Source: an uncultured Nitrososphaerales archaeon (GTDB taxonomy: Archaea > Thermoproteota > Nitrososphaeria > Nitrososphaerales > Nitrososphaeraceae). From it: a DNA stretch of 64,000 nucleotides. Of this stretch, positions 1 to 9,487 are shown one piece after another (positions within the stretch are counted from its first letter, which is position 1; every line of letters begins with the position of its first letter). Position numbers and translations under genes: made by a program. The notes under the pieces are model-generated. The model was not told the DNA's origin, ran no database searches, and saw only the letters and a program-made list of their open reading frames with translations. Location of the stretch: the NCBI GenBank assembly GCA_963695855.1, contig CAVOHZ010000003.1, positions 224,001-288,000 of the forward strand, read 5' to 3'.

Positions 1-266
1 GATCGGATTTTTCCCATTATATTATCTTTGATTTTACTTTCTCCTGTGCGTTCAAAGCATTCTTTACATAATGCTTTAAGATTTGCAGGACGATTATCTT
101 TTAAAGAACCGTTAATGTGATAAAAAAATGGTGTATCTTGATTATTAAATTTTTTCGAACAAGCTTGACAGCGATGTTTGGCTCTTTCCAAAACTGTTTG
201 TTTTATTCCCAAGTTTATCTTTTCTATTTTTTTCTTATTACTACTACCCGAATCTGCATTGAACAT
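1..266 (-). CDS. HNH-like zinc-binding protein, truncated by window edge (not in ORF track)
   Basis: Manual translation from ATG at 266: MFNADSG...VLERAKHRCQACSKKF...FYHINGSLKDNRPANLKALCKECFER; CxxC...H-x6-N-x3-NL-x2-LCxxC is an HNH-like layout. Confidence 0.65.
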   Translation of the reverse strand, partial: MFNADSGSSNKKKIEKINLGIKQTVLERAKHRCQACSKKFNNQDTPFFYHINGSLKDNRPANLKALCKECFERTGESKIKDNIMGKIR

Positions 267-351
267 GTGAATATAATAATAGAGTATTTATTGTTAGAAT
301 TTATTCTTTCTCCCTTTAGTGAAGCTTATTTTTTCAGACAAAATTGCAAAA

Positions 352-729
352 TCAAGAGATTATTATTTTTCCGTTCATTGTAGATGGATGTAAAGAGCAA
401 TAATATTCAAAAGTTCCATTAATCTTGGAAGTAATTGCAGTTACGAAATCTTGACCCGATGATAGAAATGATGTATTGATCCCCAATTCATCAACAATAA
501 AGTCATGTTTTACAAAATCTTTGTTAACAATAGTCAGTTTTTGAGCATGTCCTAAATGAACGTTTATGGTTGGGTTGGTATTGTTAAATAAATTATTTTC
601 AGCTATAAGCAAGATTCCATAAGTTGATCGGATGGAGCTAGTATCTGGATATAATAGATTTCCAATTCCCCATAGACTACCTACAACTATAAAACATATG
701 ACAATTATAGCTATTAAATTATTCAACAA
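352..729 (-). CDS. membrane-anchored cupredoxin (blue copper) domain protein
   Basis: N-terminal TM helix; HDF and YYCSLHPSTM supply His/Cys/His/Met type-1 Cu ligands. Confidence 0.85.
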   Translation of the reverse strand: MLNNLIAIIVICFIVVGSLWGIGNLLYPDTSSIRSTYGILLIAENNLFNNTNPTINVHLGHAQKLTIVNKDFVKHDFIVDELGINTSFLSSGQDFVTAITSKINGTFEYYCSLHPSTMNGKIIIS

Positions 730-817
730 TGTGGTTTGGCTTTTTATTTATACTACGTTAATATAAATCAGATAACTTGATATTAAAAAAGAGGCAATCG
801 CAATAATAATACCCATT

Positions 818-1654
818 TTATGTTCCATATTTTACACCACTTGAAACAATCGATCTTATGCATTCAAGAGCTGACAATATCGCTAGATAACTAGTTCGTG
901 GATTTTTAGAACTAGGAATATTCTTTACCATGATTATCAATTCTCCGAATTTGCCTGTTACTTTTATTTCGTGTTTATTAATTCGAATAGAGGGATCTAC
1001 TACGATGTTAACTTTGGTTTTTTCAACACCTAAACCTACTAGCCCCAAAAGTGCTGCTACGTTGACATTAGCGGGAAAATACTTAACAGCTTCAACTGCA
1101 GAACCTTCAAAAATAATAGTCCTTTTTTTTAATGAATCCAAATCTATTTGCGATGTTTGAAAAAATGGAGCCCCCCGAAGTGATTCTGGGTTTTTGGTTG
1201 TCGTCAGGGTTACTGAACTAATAAAATTCCTTGTGCTTTTTATAGCATCAATTCCTGCTATAGCTCCGGATGGGACATAAATATTGTTTTCGTATTTGGC
1301 AACATATTTGAGTATATCAGCATAAAAATTAGAATCAGCAAAAGATCCCACACTCATAACCAAAATATCTTTTCGTTCAGATAAAATTTTTCTAATGTAT
1401 GCTTTAACAGCTTCTTGCGATGCCGATTCTATCACTAGATCCACTTCTTTAAAAGATTTGGAATTGACATAATCTGAAAAATTACCATAGAGTTCTGGAG
1501 AATTATTTTTTAGGATAGAGCGTAAATTTTCGACATATTCTAAATTTAAATCAAATAGAGAAGATATTTTTACCTTGTCAACTAACTCTGAATCAATTGA
1601 AAGGGCCAATTCACTCCCAATTGCACCGCAACCAATTATCGAAATTTTTTTCAT
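818..1654 (-). CDS. nadX: L-aspartate dehydrogenase
   Basis: GCGAIG Rossmann motif, SGAIAGID, FPANVNVAA, NPRTS; adjacent to nadA. Confidence 0.93.
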   Translation of the reverse strand: MKKISIIGCGAIGSELALSIDSELVDKVKISSLFDLNLEYVENLRSILKNNSPELYGNFSDYVNSKSFKEVDLVIESASQEAVKAYIRKILSERKDILVMSVGSFADSNFYADILKYVAKYENNIYVPSGAIAGIDAIKSTRNFISSVTLTTTKNPESLRGAPFFQTSQIDLDSLKKRTIIFEGSAVEAVKYFPANVNVAALLGLVGLGVEKTKVNIVVDPSIRINKHEIKVTGKFGELIIMVKNIPSSKNPRTSYLAILSALECIRSIVSSGVKYGT

Positions 1655-1867
1655 TAGTATATTTCTAATGTATTTGTAAAGTAAATTAATAGATATCTGA
1701 AAATTCTAATATTTTAATGTCCTAGATCATGATTTTCGAATTACGCAATTGATTTAATGTATTCGTGTCTCATAGGCTGTATATTTATAATAAAATGCGT
1801 TTTTTTGGTTATTATCAATAAATAATTGTGTTCCCAATGAGCGACATAATATTGTATTTTATGGATA

Positions 1868-2818
1868 TCATCCGATTGACAACATTCTCTCAATTGCGAG
1901 TCTGGCGTTGTCTGCAATTTTTCTTGGAACCTGAACTTTATATACATTATTTAATAGTGAATTATATACTTTCTCCATCGTGATCATTTTCATGTATTTA
2001 CACACAGCATCATTTTTTAATGGTATGAAATTTTTGTCTTGATTTTCTTTTTGCATTCTGTAAAGTATTCCGGTTTCTGTGGCGACGACAAATTCATTAT
2101 TTGTAGAACTCCTAGCATGTTTCATCATTCCTTCTGTAGATAAAATGTAACCAGTTTTCTGAAGATCTCCCATTGCCATATGATACATCGTAGATGATGT
2201 GCAACTACATTCAGGATGTACCAAAAAGTCTGCTTGTCTATACTTTTTTAATACCGAATTGATATCATCAGATTTTATCCCCGCGTGAACGTGACACTCT
2301 CCTGCCCAGATAAACATATTTTTTCTTTGAGTTATTTTTTCTACATATGCTCCCAAGAACATGTCAGGAAGAAACAGAATCTCTTTATCCTCAGGAATAC
2401 TATTCACAACTTTAACTGCATTTGATGATGTGCAACAGTAATCTGAAAGAGCCTTAACCTCTGCAGACGTATTGACGTAACTTACCACTATAGCGTTGGG
2501 ATGTTCTTTTTTCCAATTTTCCAACTCCTTTGAATTAATTGATGATGCTAAAGAACATCCTGCGGAAAGATCTGGAATAAGAACGGTCTTATCTGGACAA
2601 ATAATTGATGCAGTTTCTGCCATAAAATGAACACCGCAAAAAATAATTGTTGTCGCCTTTGTTTTTTCTGCTTGCCTTGAAAGTGCTAATGAATCTCCTA
2701 TAAAATCAGATATATCCTGCACTTCTGGAAGTTGGTAGTTGTGTGCAAGTATTACTGCATTCCTTTCTTTCTTCAATGAAAGTATTTCTTCAATATACTG
2801 TTTTTTTGATAAATTCAT
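1868..2818 (-). CDS. nadA: quinolinate synthase
   Basis: LAHNYQ, FCGVHFMAE, AGCSLA, YVNT, CHVH, HPEC and C-terminal CKYMK motifs. Confidence 0.96.
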   Translation of the reverse strand: MNLSKKQYIEEILSLKKERNAVILAHNYQLPEVQDISDFIGDSLALSRQAEKTKATTIIFCGVHFMAETASIICPDKTVLIPDLSAGCSLASSINSKELENWKKEHPNAIVVSYVNTSAEVKALSDYCCTSSNAVKVVNSIPEDKEILFLPDMFLGAYVEKITQRKNMFIWAGECHVHAGIKSDDINSVLKKYRQADFLVHPECSCTSSTMYHMAMGDLQKTGYILSTEGMMKHARSSTNNEFVVATETGILYRMQKENQDKNFIPLKNDAVCKYMKMITMEKVYNSLLNNVYKVQVPRKIADNARLAIERMLSIG

Positions 2819-2967
2819 TTACTTTAGTATGAGAAGGTATATGAAAATGATCATTTAAAGTAGTACTATCTAGGATAACCTTGCCTCAAGAAGGCTAACA
2901 ACATACAAAGATTGCCACTTTACTTGTAATACATTTATTAAGAGATGCTGAATATTTAAAGAGAGAA

Positions 2968-3147
2968 ATGCCAACTCACGGATCGCTTACGAAAGCAGGA
3001 AAAGTCAAGGGTCAAACGCCAAAGGTTCAAGCAAAGGAGAGATCTAGTCCTATTTCAAAGGTAAGGAACAAGGAGAATTTCATAAAAAGGTTTGAAAAAA
3101 GAATTCCACCTGGACAGAAGAAACCAGAGCGAATGAGAAGAAGATAA
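2968..3147 (+). CDS. rps30e: 30S ribosomal protein S30e (not in ORF track)
   Basis: Manual translation [20 protein letters not shown]...RMRRR* (59 aa); HGSLxKAGKV signature. Confidence 0.93.
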   Translation: MPTHGSLTKAGKVKGQTPKVQAKERSSPISKVRNKENFIKRFEKRIPPGQKKPERMRRR

Positions 3148-3177
3148 AGCTACCTGTATGATTTTATGAAGTTTATT

Positions 3178-4047
3178 TTAATTTACAATTTTTAAGCTAA
3201 AATCCAACGCAGGAGAAGAATGCGTCAATTGGCCTATCGAGATGATGTCAGGTCGAGAAATAGCATACTTTGAAATATTTTCTAATGTTATCCCCCCCGA
3301 CACTTCTATCTTGACCTTGTCTCTGAGACCCAATTTAGCAATTTTTAAGATTGTTTTCTTAACATTCATAGGAGAAAAGTTGTCTAACATTATTATATTA
3401 GCACCTGAATCTATTGCTTCTAGAGCTTCAGACAGGTTCCTTACCTCGCACTCTATTTGAATTGATGACCCTACTCTTTTTTTAATAAACGGTATCAGTT
3501 TTGATATAGACTCTTCAATTTGAATATGGTTATCTTTTATCAGTACCATATCATCAAGTCTTAAACGATGAGTTCTTCCTCCTCCTACTAGAACAGCCTT
3601 TTTATCAAAGATTCTTAAACCAGGCGCAGTCTTTCTAGTAGCAGCTATTAATATTGAAGGGTCTATTTTACTTGTTATATCTATAAATTTTCTAGTATTA
3701 GTTGCGATTCCGCTCATTCGCATAAGAAGATTCAATGCAGTTCTTTCAACCTTTAGAATATTTTTTGCCTTGCCGTTGATCTCCATGACTTGTGTTTTTG
3801 AAGAGAGTTTCATTCCGTCTTTTGCCATAGATTTTGTATCACAACTGAACATCTGAAATAGAATTTCGCATTCTTCTATCCCACAAAGGATTCCAGGTTT
3901 TTTAGACTTATAGGTTATTACTGCAGAAACTACTTTATCTTTAAATCTTAGATTTTCACTGGTAATGTCTCCTGTGCCAAGATCCTCCTGTATAAAATTT
4001 TCCAGGGTTTTCCTTAAGTCTAAATAATCATATAATTTTCTGGTCAA
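3178..4047 (-). CDS. nadC: nicotinate-nucleotide pyrophosphorylase (quinolinate phosphoribosyltransferase)
   Basis: ED..GDIT, TRKTAPG, HRLRLDD..LIKDNH, IMLDNF, EVSGGI motifs. Confidence 0.95.
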   Translation of the reverse strand: MTRKLYDYLDLRKTLENFIQEDLGTGDITSENLRFKDKVVSAVITYKSKKPGILCGIEECEILFQMFSCDTKSMAKDGMKLSSKTQVMEINGKAKNILKVERTALNLLMRMSGIATNTRKFIDITSKIDPSILIAATRKTAPGLRIFDKKAVLVGGGRTHRLRLDDMVLIKDNHIQIEESISKLIPFIKKRVGSSIQIECEVRNLSEALEAIDSGANIIMLDNFSPMNVKKTILKIAKLGLRDKVKIEVSGGITLENISKYAISRPDIISIGQLTHSSPALDFSLKIVN

Positions 4048-4232
4048 GAGACTTTTAACGCATATTTGTGTGCCGTTTTTAATTCTAATGTATGAGCTAT
4101 TTGAGATTTTTCAGGATCAAATATTATAATAATACCAGACCAGTCGCTTGAAAGTTCCGTTGAATTGCATACAGCACATACCTTACCTATAGTGATGGCC
4201 TTACATTTCTTACATGCTAGCTCTTTTGGCAT
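4044..4232 (-). CDS. spt4: transcription elongation factor Spt4 (RpoE'')
   Basis: ACxxC...CxxC zinc ribbon, SSDWSG, YALKV; directly after rpoE'. Confidence 0.93.
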   Translation of the reverse strand: MPKELACKKCKAITIGKVCAVCNSTELSSDWSGIIIIFDPEKSQIAHTLELKTAHKYALKVS

Positions 4233-4236
4233 TTAT

Positions 4237-4833
4237 TTACTTTAAACCTCCCTTTTTCTCCTTAGTGGCTTGTTGTGGTGACTGTTTTGTTTTTTCCACC
4301 TCTTCATTAATCCATTCAAAAGAGCCTAAGAAAGGTTGTCTACATGTGATCCCTATTTTTCCCATTGAAGATCCTTTTCCCAAACTTACAGCTGTTATTC
4401 TGGCTCTCATTTTTGAGCCTATTCTTAATGATTTTGAAGACTGGTTTGCAATAATAATACCCTGTTTTATATCACTTTTGAGATAATCATCGGTAATTTG
4501 AGATAGATGAAGTAATGCATCTGTAGGTCCTATCCTTACAAATGCACCGAAGTCTGTGATTTCAATTATCTCTCCCTCCACTATTTCTTGAATCTTCGGG
4601 AAGAAAGTCAAAGCCTTGAAGGTTACTTTATGATAGGTGGCTCCATCGCCTGTCACTAGTTTACCCACTGAATCAACTTTAGCGTCTATTATCATTATTA
4701 CATAGCCTAATTCTTGACTAACCATGCTTTCGTATTTTTCTTTTAAAATACCTATTGCAGTATTTTTGAGCGAGTCAGTTAATCTATTAGGAGGAATTCT
4801 AACAATGTCAGTCATTGAAATAATATAAAACAT
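4237..4833 (-). CDS. rpoE1: DNA-directed RNA polymerase subunit Rpo7 (E')
   Basis: VRIPP, GDGATY, S1 domain FGAFVRIGPTDALLHLSQI, IGITCRQPFLG. Confidence 0.96.
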   Translation of the reverse strand: MFYIISMTDIVRIPPNRLTDSLKNTAIGILKEKYESMVSQELGYVIMIIDAKVDSVGKLVTGDGATYHKVTFKALTFFPKIQEIVEGEIIEITDFGAFVRIGPTDALLHLSQITDDYLKSDIKQGIIIANQSSKSLRIGSKMRARITAVSLGKGSSMGKIGITCRQPFLGSFEWINEEVEKTKQSPQQATKEKKGGLK

Positions 4834-4997
4834 TCTAGACGAATTACGATATAATATATCAATTTATGAACTTTTTGTTTAAATAGATCGATATGAGAGC
4901 ACATAACCAAGGAACAGTAATTATAATCATTGTCGTTGTTCCAATTTCGTCTTGTATAAATGAATATTTAAATATTGTCGAATATTTTGTTTTCAGC

Positions 4998-6092
4998 ATG
5001 GTTACAGTTGATCAAGTTCTTACCTCATTGAAAAAGGTTGTTGACCCCGAATTACATAAAGATATAGTTTCAATGGGAATGATCAAAGATCTGGATATTA
5101 ATAATAATAAAGTATCTTTTACTCTGGAACTTACTACTCCTGCATGCCCATTTAATAGTGAAATAGAACAAGATGTGAGAAACACTATTGCCAACTTGGG
5201 GGTCGCAGAACTAAATCTTAGAGTTACTGCCAAAGTTATGGAAGGTAGGGCAATATCATTGGACGAATTGTTGCCTGGAGTTAAGAATATTATAGCAGTT
5301 GCTAGTGGAAAAGGAGGAGTTGGGAAAACAACGGTTTCGGTAAATTTGGCATTATCTCTTGCTAAAACAGGAGCAAAGGTTGGACTTTTAGATGCTGATA
5401 TCTACGGGCCGAGCGTCCCATTGATGTTTGGATTAAAGGATACTCCAATGGTTGAAAAAAATAAGATTCAGCCACCAGTTGCAGACGGCGTGAAGATAAT
5501 TTCCATGGGTTTTTTCTACGAACAATCTCAACAGGCTGGAATTTACCGAGGACCGATAATTTCGGGAATAATTAAACAATTCCTAACTGATGTTAATTGG
5601 GGAGATCTAGATTATCTCATCATCGACCTTCCTCCAGGTACTGGAGATGCTCCATTAACTATAGCACAAACCATTCCAATAACTGGAATATTGGTGGTTA
5701 CAACTCCACAAGATATAGCAATGAATGTTGCAGTGAAAGCAATTGGGATGTTCAACAAATTAAATGTTCCAATAATTGGAGTGGTAGAAAACATGAGTTA
5801 TCTGCAATGCCCTCATTGTAAATCTGACGTTCATATTTTCGGTACTGGAGGAGGCCTAAAAATAAGTGAACAATTCAATATACCGTACCTAGGGGAAATT
5901 CCATTGCATCCTCAGATTATGCAAGGAAGTGATACAGGAAAATCAACTGTTATCTCAGAACCTGAATCTTCACAAAGTCAAGTGTTCCTAAAGATAGCCA
6001 AATCAGTAGCAGGTAGAATCAGTGTATTAGCTGCAGAAATGAATAGTCGAGAACAATCTGAACAAGAAACTAAGAATGAAGCTAGTAATTGA
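4998..6092 (+). CDS. mrp: Mrp/NBP35 Fe-S cluster carrier ATPase with N-terminal DUF59-like domain
   Basis: DPEL...LTTPACP N-domain, SGKGGVGKT, DADIYGPS, DLPPGTGD, ENMS..CxxC; start moved to ATG 4998. Confidence 0.93.
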   Translation: MVTVDQVLTSLKKVVDPELHKDIVSMGMIKDLDINNNKVSFTLELTTPACPFNSEIEQDVRNTIANLGVAELNLRVTAKVMEGRAISLDELLPGVKNIIAVASGKGGVGKTTVSVNLALSLAKTGAKVGLLDADIYGPSVPLMFGLKDTPMVEKNKIQPPVADGVKIISMGFFYEQSQQAGIYRGPIISGIIKQFLTDVNWGDLDYLIIDLPPGTGDAPLTIAQTIPITGILVVTTPQDIAMNVAVKAIGMFNKLNVPIIGVVENMSYLQCPHCKSDVHIFGTGGGLKISEQFNIPYLGEIPLHPQIMQGSDTGKSTVISEPESSQSQVFLKIAKSVAGRISVLAAEMNSREQSEQETKNEASN

Positions 6093-6109
6093 TAAAAATA
6101 AGGTAAAAA

Positions 6110-6655
6110 ATGCCAGTAAAAGATGAACATTTAAGTATTTTAAAAAAACCATTTGGAGATCTAATAAGAAAGGAAAACATCACTAAAGAGAGTATAATAA
6201 AGATAATTAACAGCTATAAGGACGACAACCAGACAAGCATAGTTACTGTTGGTGATGCAACCACGGAAAGAATCTTATCATATGGTATTTATCCGAAAAT
6301 AGCAATAATTGATGGCGTAGAAAGAAGAATAAGGAGATCAGAACTAAAGAATTCAGAAATAATAAAAGCTTATTCAAATAATAATAAAATAAAATTTTAT
6401 AATTGTATTAACAGACAGGGAACTATCTCAAAAGAAGCCTATGATATAATAGAAAAAATAATCGAGAGGAATGAAGATGCAATGGTGTATGTAGATGGAG
6501 AAGAGGATTTGCTAGCGCTACCAGTTTTTGCATTGGCTCGAGACCAATCGGTGGTTCTTTATGGACAACCATTAGAAGGAATAGTCGTAGTAAAGATAGA
6601 TAACAAATTAAAGAAAAAAGCGCAAGACTTGTTAGATAGTATTGGATTTAGTTAA
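6110..6655 (+). CDS. GTP-dependent dephospho-CoA kinase (DUF359)
   Basis: VGD, N..GTI, VDGEEDLL, VLYGQP.EG.V motifs. Confidence 0.88.
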   Translation: MPVKDEHLSILKKPFGDLIRKENITKESIIKIINSYKDDNQTSIVTVGDATTERILSYGIYPKIAIIDGVERRIRRSELKNSEIIKAYSNNNKIKFYNCINRQGTISKEAYDIIEKIIERNEDAMVYVDGEEDLLALPVFALARDQSVVLYGQPLEGIVVVKIDNKLKKKAQDLLDSIGFS

Positions 6656-6779
6656 AGTGCAGGGAATGATGATGTGGTGGCTGTATGAATAAAAACTACA
6701 TGATTAAAGATACCATTTTCTGACCCTTTAAGGAAATAAATACTAGTCATTTAAAAAAAATAAAACAGCATGGAATTTT

Positions 6780-6920
6780 TTATTTATCACATCCACAACC
6801 ATCTAGCTCATTTTGACTAACCGAAATGTTATACAATTTCATACATTTGGAACAGAGACTATAACCGGAAAGCGCTTTAGAATTACAGAAGGAACAGGTA
6901 TTAACTGTCTCATTACGCAT
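6780..6920 (-). CDS. 46-aa Cys-rich microprotein (not in ORF track)
   Basis: MRNETVNTCSFCNSKALSGYSLCSKCMKLYNISVSQNELDGCGCDK*; CxxC-x10-CxxC plus C-terminal CGC. Confidence 0.6.
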   Translation of the reverse strand: MRNETVNTCSFCNSKALSGYSLCSKCMKLYNISVSQNELDGCGCDK

Positions 6921-7013
6921 AGGTTATGTTATGTTATCTTTTTAATTAATTTTATCATCCTCAAACAAATCAGCAACTAAAAAATACATGGTATATTAAG
7001 TGAAATTAAGTTG

Positions 7014-7163
7014 CTATTTAGATTGATAATGACATGTACAATGGCATTTAGTCATTTTTATATCAAATGAACAGTCATGATTTGGACCACATGTTTCTTC
7101 GACCGGCATCTCTAATGGACAGTCGGAATGTCTCTCCCTTTTGCAAAAAAAAGATATCGCCAT
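7014..7163 (-). CDS. 49-aa Cys/His-rich microprotein (not in ORF track)
   Basis: MAISFFCKRERHSDCPLEMPVEETCGPNHDCSFDIKMTKCHCTCHYQSK*; 7 Cys, ends in CxCxCH. Confidence 0.65.
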   Translation of the reverse strand: MAISFFCKRERHSDCPLEMPVEETCGPNHDCSFDIKMTKCHCTCHYQSK

Positions 7164-7399
7164 ACCTATTAGATAAAATCAGTAAAACTAATTTTAAGTA
7201 TTCTGCTCTTGGTGGGTCATTCCTGAATTTATTACGCATTTAAATTTTTTCATAAAATAAATATTTCCTTTAATAAGAGATATCCTTGATGATATCAAGA
7301 CTGTCGAAAATCAAGATACAAAAAAATCTTTAATACATATTCAATAATAAAGTCAAATTGTGAGGAAATTTATAAATAATAAATTCCTGAAATAATTAA

Positions 7400-7663
7400 T
7401 CATATATCAATATTGAACAACTGCGGTGCATAAATTGACCCTTCCCTGACTCTTTTTACTTTGGCAACTGACAAATAATGTGGCCAGATGGTAATCATTA
7501 TGGAACCTTGTGGCACGCCTTCAGGAACCTCAATAAGCTCGATATCTTGCAAGGCGACGCCGCAATCATCGACTAACTTGGATTTGGCTACTTCTATCAA
7601 TTCTTTGGGCATTCCACTGCTGTAAAGATACACTTTACCAGAATATTCTATTCTGTGTTCCAT
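7400..7663 (-). CDS. hypothetical protein
   Basis: 87-aa ATG ORF, protein-like composition, AT-rich promoter-like region upstream. Confidence 0.75.
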   Translation of the reverse strand: MEHRIEYSGKVYLYSSGMPKELIEVAKSKLVDDCGVALQDIELIEVPEGVPQGSIMITIWPHYLSVAKVKRVREGSIYAPQLFNIDI

Positions 7664-7776
7664 CTATTAATAATGAAAAACATGGATTATAAAATGTAAT
7701 TGGACCTCGAATATAGAAGTCTCACTTTAAGAATACATAGTATTTCAAATAATCACTGCCACTGGCAAGTAAGAAA

Positions 7777-7947
7777 TTATAACTCATCAATATGATATTT
7801 AGACATACAGCCTCTACATTCATAGATTTCATCCCCAACTGGGCCGGAAACATTAAATCTTACTATAGTTGTGCATTTTGGACAACGTCCTTCAACGCTT
7901 CTAGTCTTCCGTTGAGGCTTAATGGTGCGCCTTTTTCTACTTCCCAT
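7777..7947 (-). CDS. 56-aa basic zinc-ribbon microprotein (not in ORF track)
   Basis: MGSRKRRTIKPQRKTRSVEGRCPKC...YECRGCMSKYHIDEL*; two CxxC motifs. Confidence 0.75.
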   Translation of the reverse strand: MGSRKRRTIKPQRKTRSVEGRCPKCTTIVRFNVSGPVGDEIYECRGCMSKYHIDEL

Positions 7948-8076
7948 CTTATAATCTTACTACAACTTTACTGTTACTCTCTTTTATAAACTTCGTTAAG
8001 ATCAACTGCAAACAGTAAGAAAAATCTCTAAAACAGATATCAGTTAGATTATAAAGCCGAAAATATAAAATTATTT

Positions 8077-8361
8077 GTGGCATTACCGAATAAATGCTCC
8101 TACTCTTCAAAAAAAATTAGATGTGTTATGCCTCCGTCATATATAATATCGATTCAAAGTAACGATGAATTTTTGGTTGGAATGTCATGTGAAGATCACT
8201 ATGAATTCATAAAAAGGAAAATTGAACTATTACAAGAAACAAATTTACTCCCAAAGGGAAAAATAAACATACAAAATAGCAAAATGCTATCAACAAATTG
8301 TATAAAAGGTACCAAAGAGGATTATGAAGAAGTAATATCTCAACGAGAAATAGAATTTTAA
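8077..8361 (+). CDS. hypothetical protein (possible Cys/His metal site)
   Basis: 94-aa ORF with C-x8-C and CxxH pattern. Confidence 0.7.
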   Translation: MALPNKCSYSSKKIRCVMPPSYIISIQSNDEFLVGMSCEDHYEFIKRKIELLQETNLLPKGKINIQNSKMLSTNCIKGTKEDYEEVISQREIEF

Positions 8362-8383
8362 AATTCCAAGATACAAATTGTTA

Positions 8384-9376
8384 TCATATCAATCCATTTT
8401 TACTATTTTTGGTAACAAGAAACAGTGGAGGTTTACCCTCAAAGATATTATATATATTGAGGGCTGCAACTTCTGACATTTTGGATCTGGTTTGTATCGT
8501 TGCACTGCCAATATGGGGAAGAATCACAACATTATTAAATTGCAACAAAGGATTAGATTTTTTAAGTGGTTCAGATTCAAAAACATCTAACCCTGCTCCT
8601 GCTATCCACTTTTTGCCTAGGGCGACAATAAGAGATTTTTCATTAATTACCGACCCTCTTGATGTATTTATTACAAATGTATTTTTATTCATCTTTTTAA
8701 AATCATTTATATCGATTAAATGATAATTTTCTTTTTGTAGACTTACATGGATTGTAAGAAAATCACTATTGTTTAATAATGTATCCTTGTCTACAAAATT
8801 AACGCCAAGTTTTTTTTCTTTATTTCTATTTAATCTGTGTCTACTATGATACAAGATATTCATATTAAATCCTCTTGCCCTTCTCGCTACTGCTGTACCT
8901 ATATTTCCTAATCCAAGAATTCCTAATGTAGAATTAAAGATGTTAGTTCCAAGAAACAAATTTGGCATCCAACCATAGTTCCATTTTTTACTTAAAACAT
9001 ATTTGTTTGCCTCAACTACTCTACGTCCTAAAGCAAGAATAAATGCAAAAGTCAAATCTGCTGTAGCCTCAGATAATATATCACCAGTATTAGTAACATA
9101 TATTCCTCTCTTTGTGGCTTCGTCGACATCAATATGTTCATATCCCGTACTAAAAGTACTTATTACTCTTAGATTATCACCCGCGGCATCCATTACGTCA
9201 GAATCAATTCTTTCGGATAAAGTGCATATGATCGCATCAACATTTTTTACTCTCTTTAGTATTTCATTTTTAGAGGGAGACGTATGTTTAAAACTCATAA
9301 AAACACTATATTTTTTTCTCAACAGATTAATTCCAGTTTCATCTATTCTACGTGTAACGTAGATTTTTTTCATCAT
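8384..9376 (-). CDS. gyaR: D-2-hydroxyacid dehydrogenase (glyoxylate/hydroxypyruvate reductase type)
   Basis: STGYEHID, GILGLGNIG, INTSRG, GAGLDVFESEP, PHIGS; start trimmed to ATG 9376. Confidence 0.85.
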   Translation of the reverse strand: MMKKIYVTRRIDETGINLLRKKYSVFMSFKHTSPSKNEILKRVKNVDAIICTLSERIDSDVMDAAGDNLRVISTFSTGYEHIDVDEATKRGIYVTNTGDILSEATADLTFAFILALGRRVVEANKYVLSKKWNYGWMPNLFLGTNIFNSTLGILGLGNIGTAVARRARGFNMNILYHSRHRLNRNKEKKLGVNFVDKDTLLNNSDFLTIHVSLQKENYHLIDINDFKKMNKNTFVINTSRGSVINEKSLIVALGKKWIAGAGLDVFESEPLKKSNPLLQFNNVVILPHIGSATIQTRSKMSEVAALNIYNIFEGKPPLFLVTKNSKNGLI

Positions 9377-9487
9377 TATAATATAATTAACTTTATGTAA
9401 TATTATTGGATTCCTAGCAAATAACAATAATAAATTAAGGAAAAAGAAAGAATTAACAACCAGAGATAATGATATTTTTTAATAAAG

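Noticed and set aside
117-383. 88-aa + strand ORF
   Set aside because: Antisense to the HNH-like gene and overlaps the cupredoxin stop; no motif
818-4047. Absence of nadB and rps30e placed between nad genes
   Set aside because: Aspartate dehydrogenase replacing NadB is established in archaea, so this is not novel
4893-4997. N-terminal extension of the Mrp ORF
   Set aside because: Not family-like and overlaps the divergent promoter region; ATG 4998 gives the typical start
7792-7989. 65-aa + strand ORF
   Set aside because: Shadow of the minus-strand zinc-ribbon gene 7777-7947
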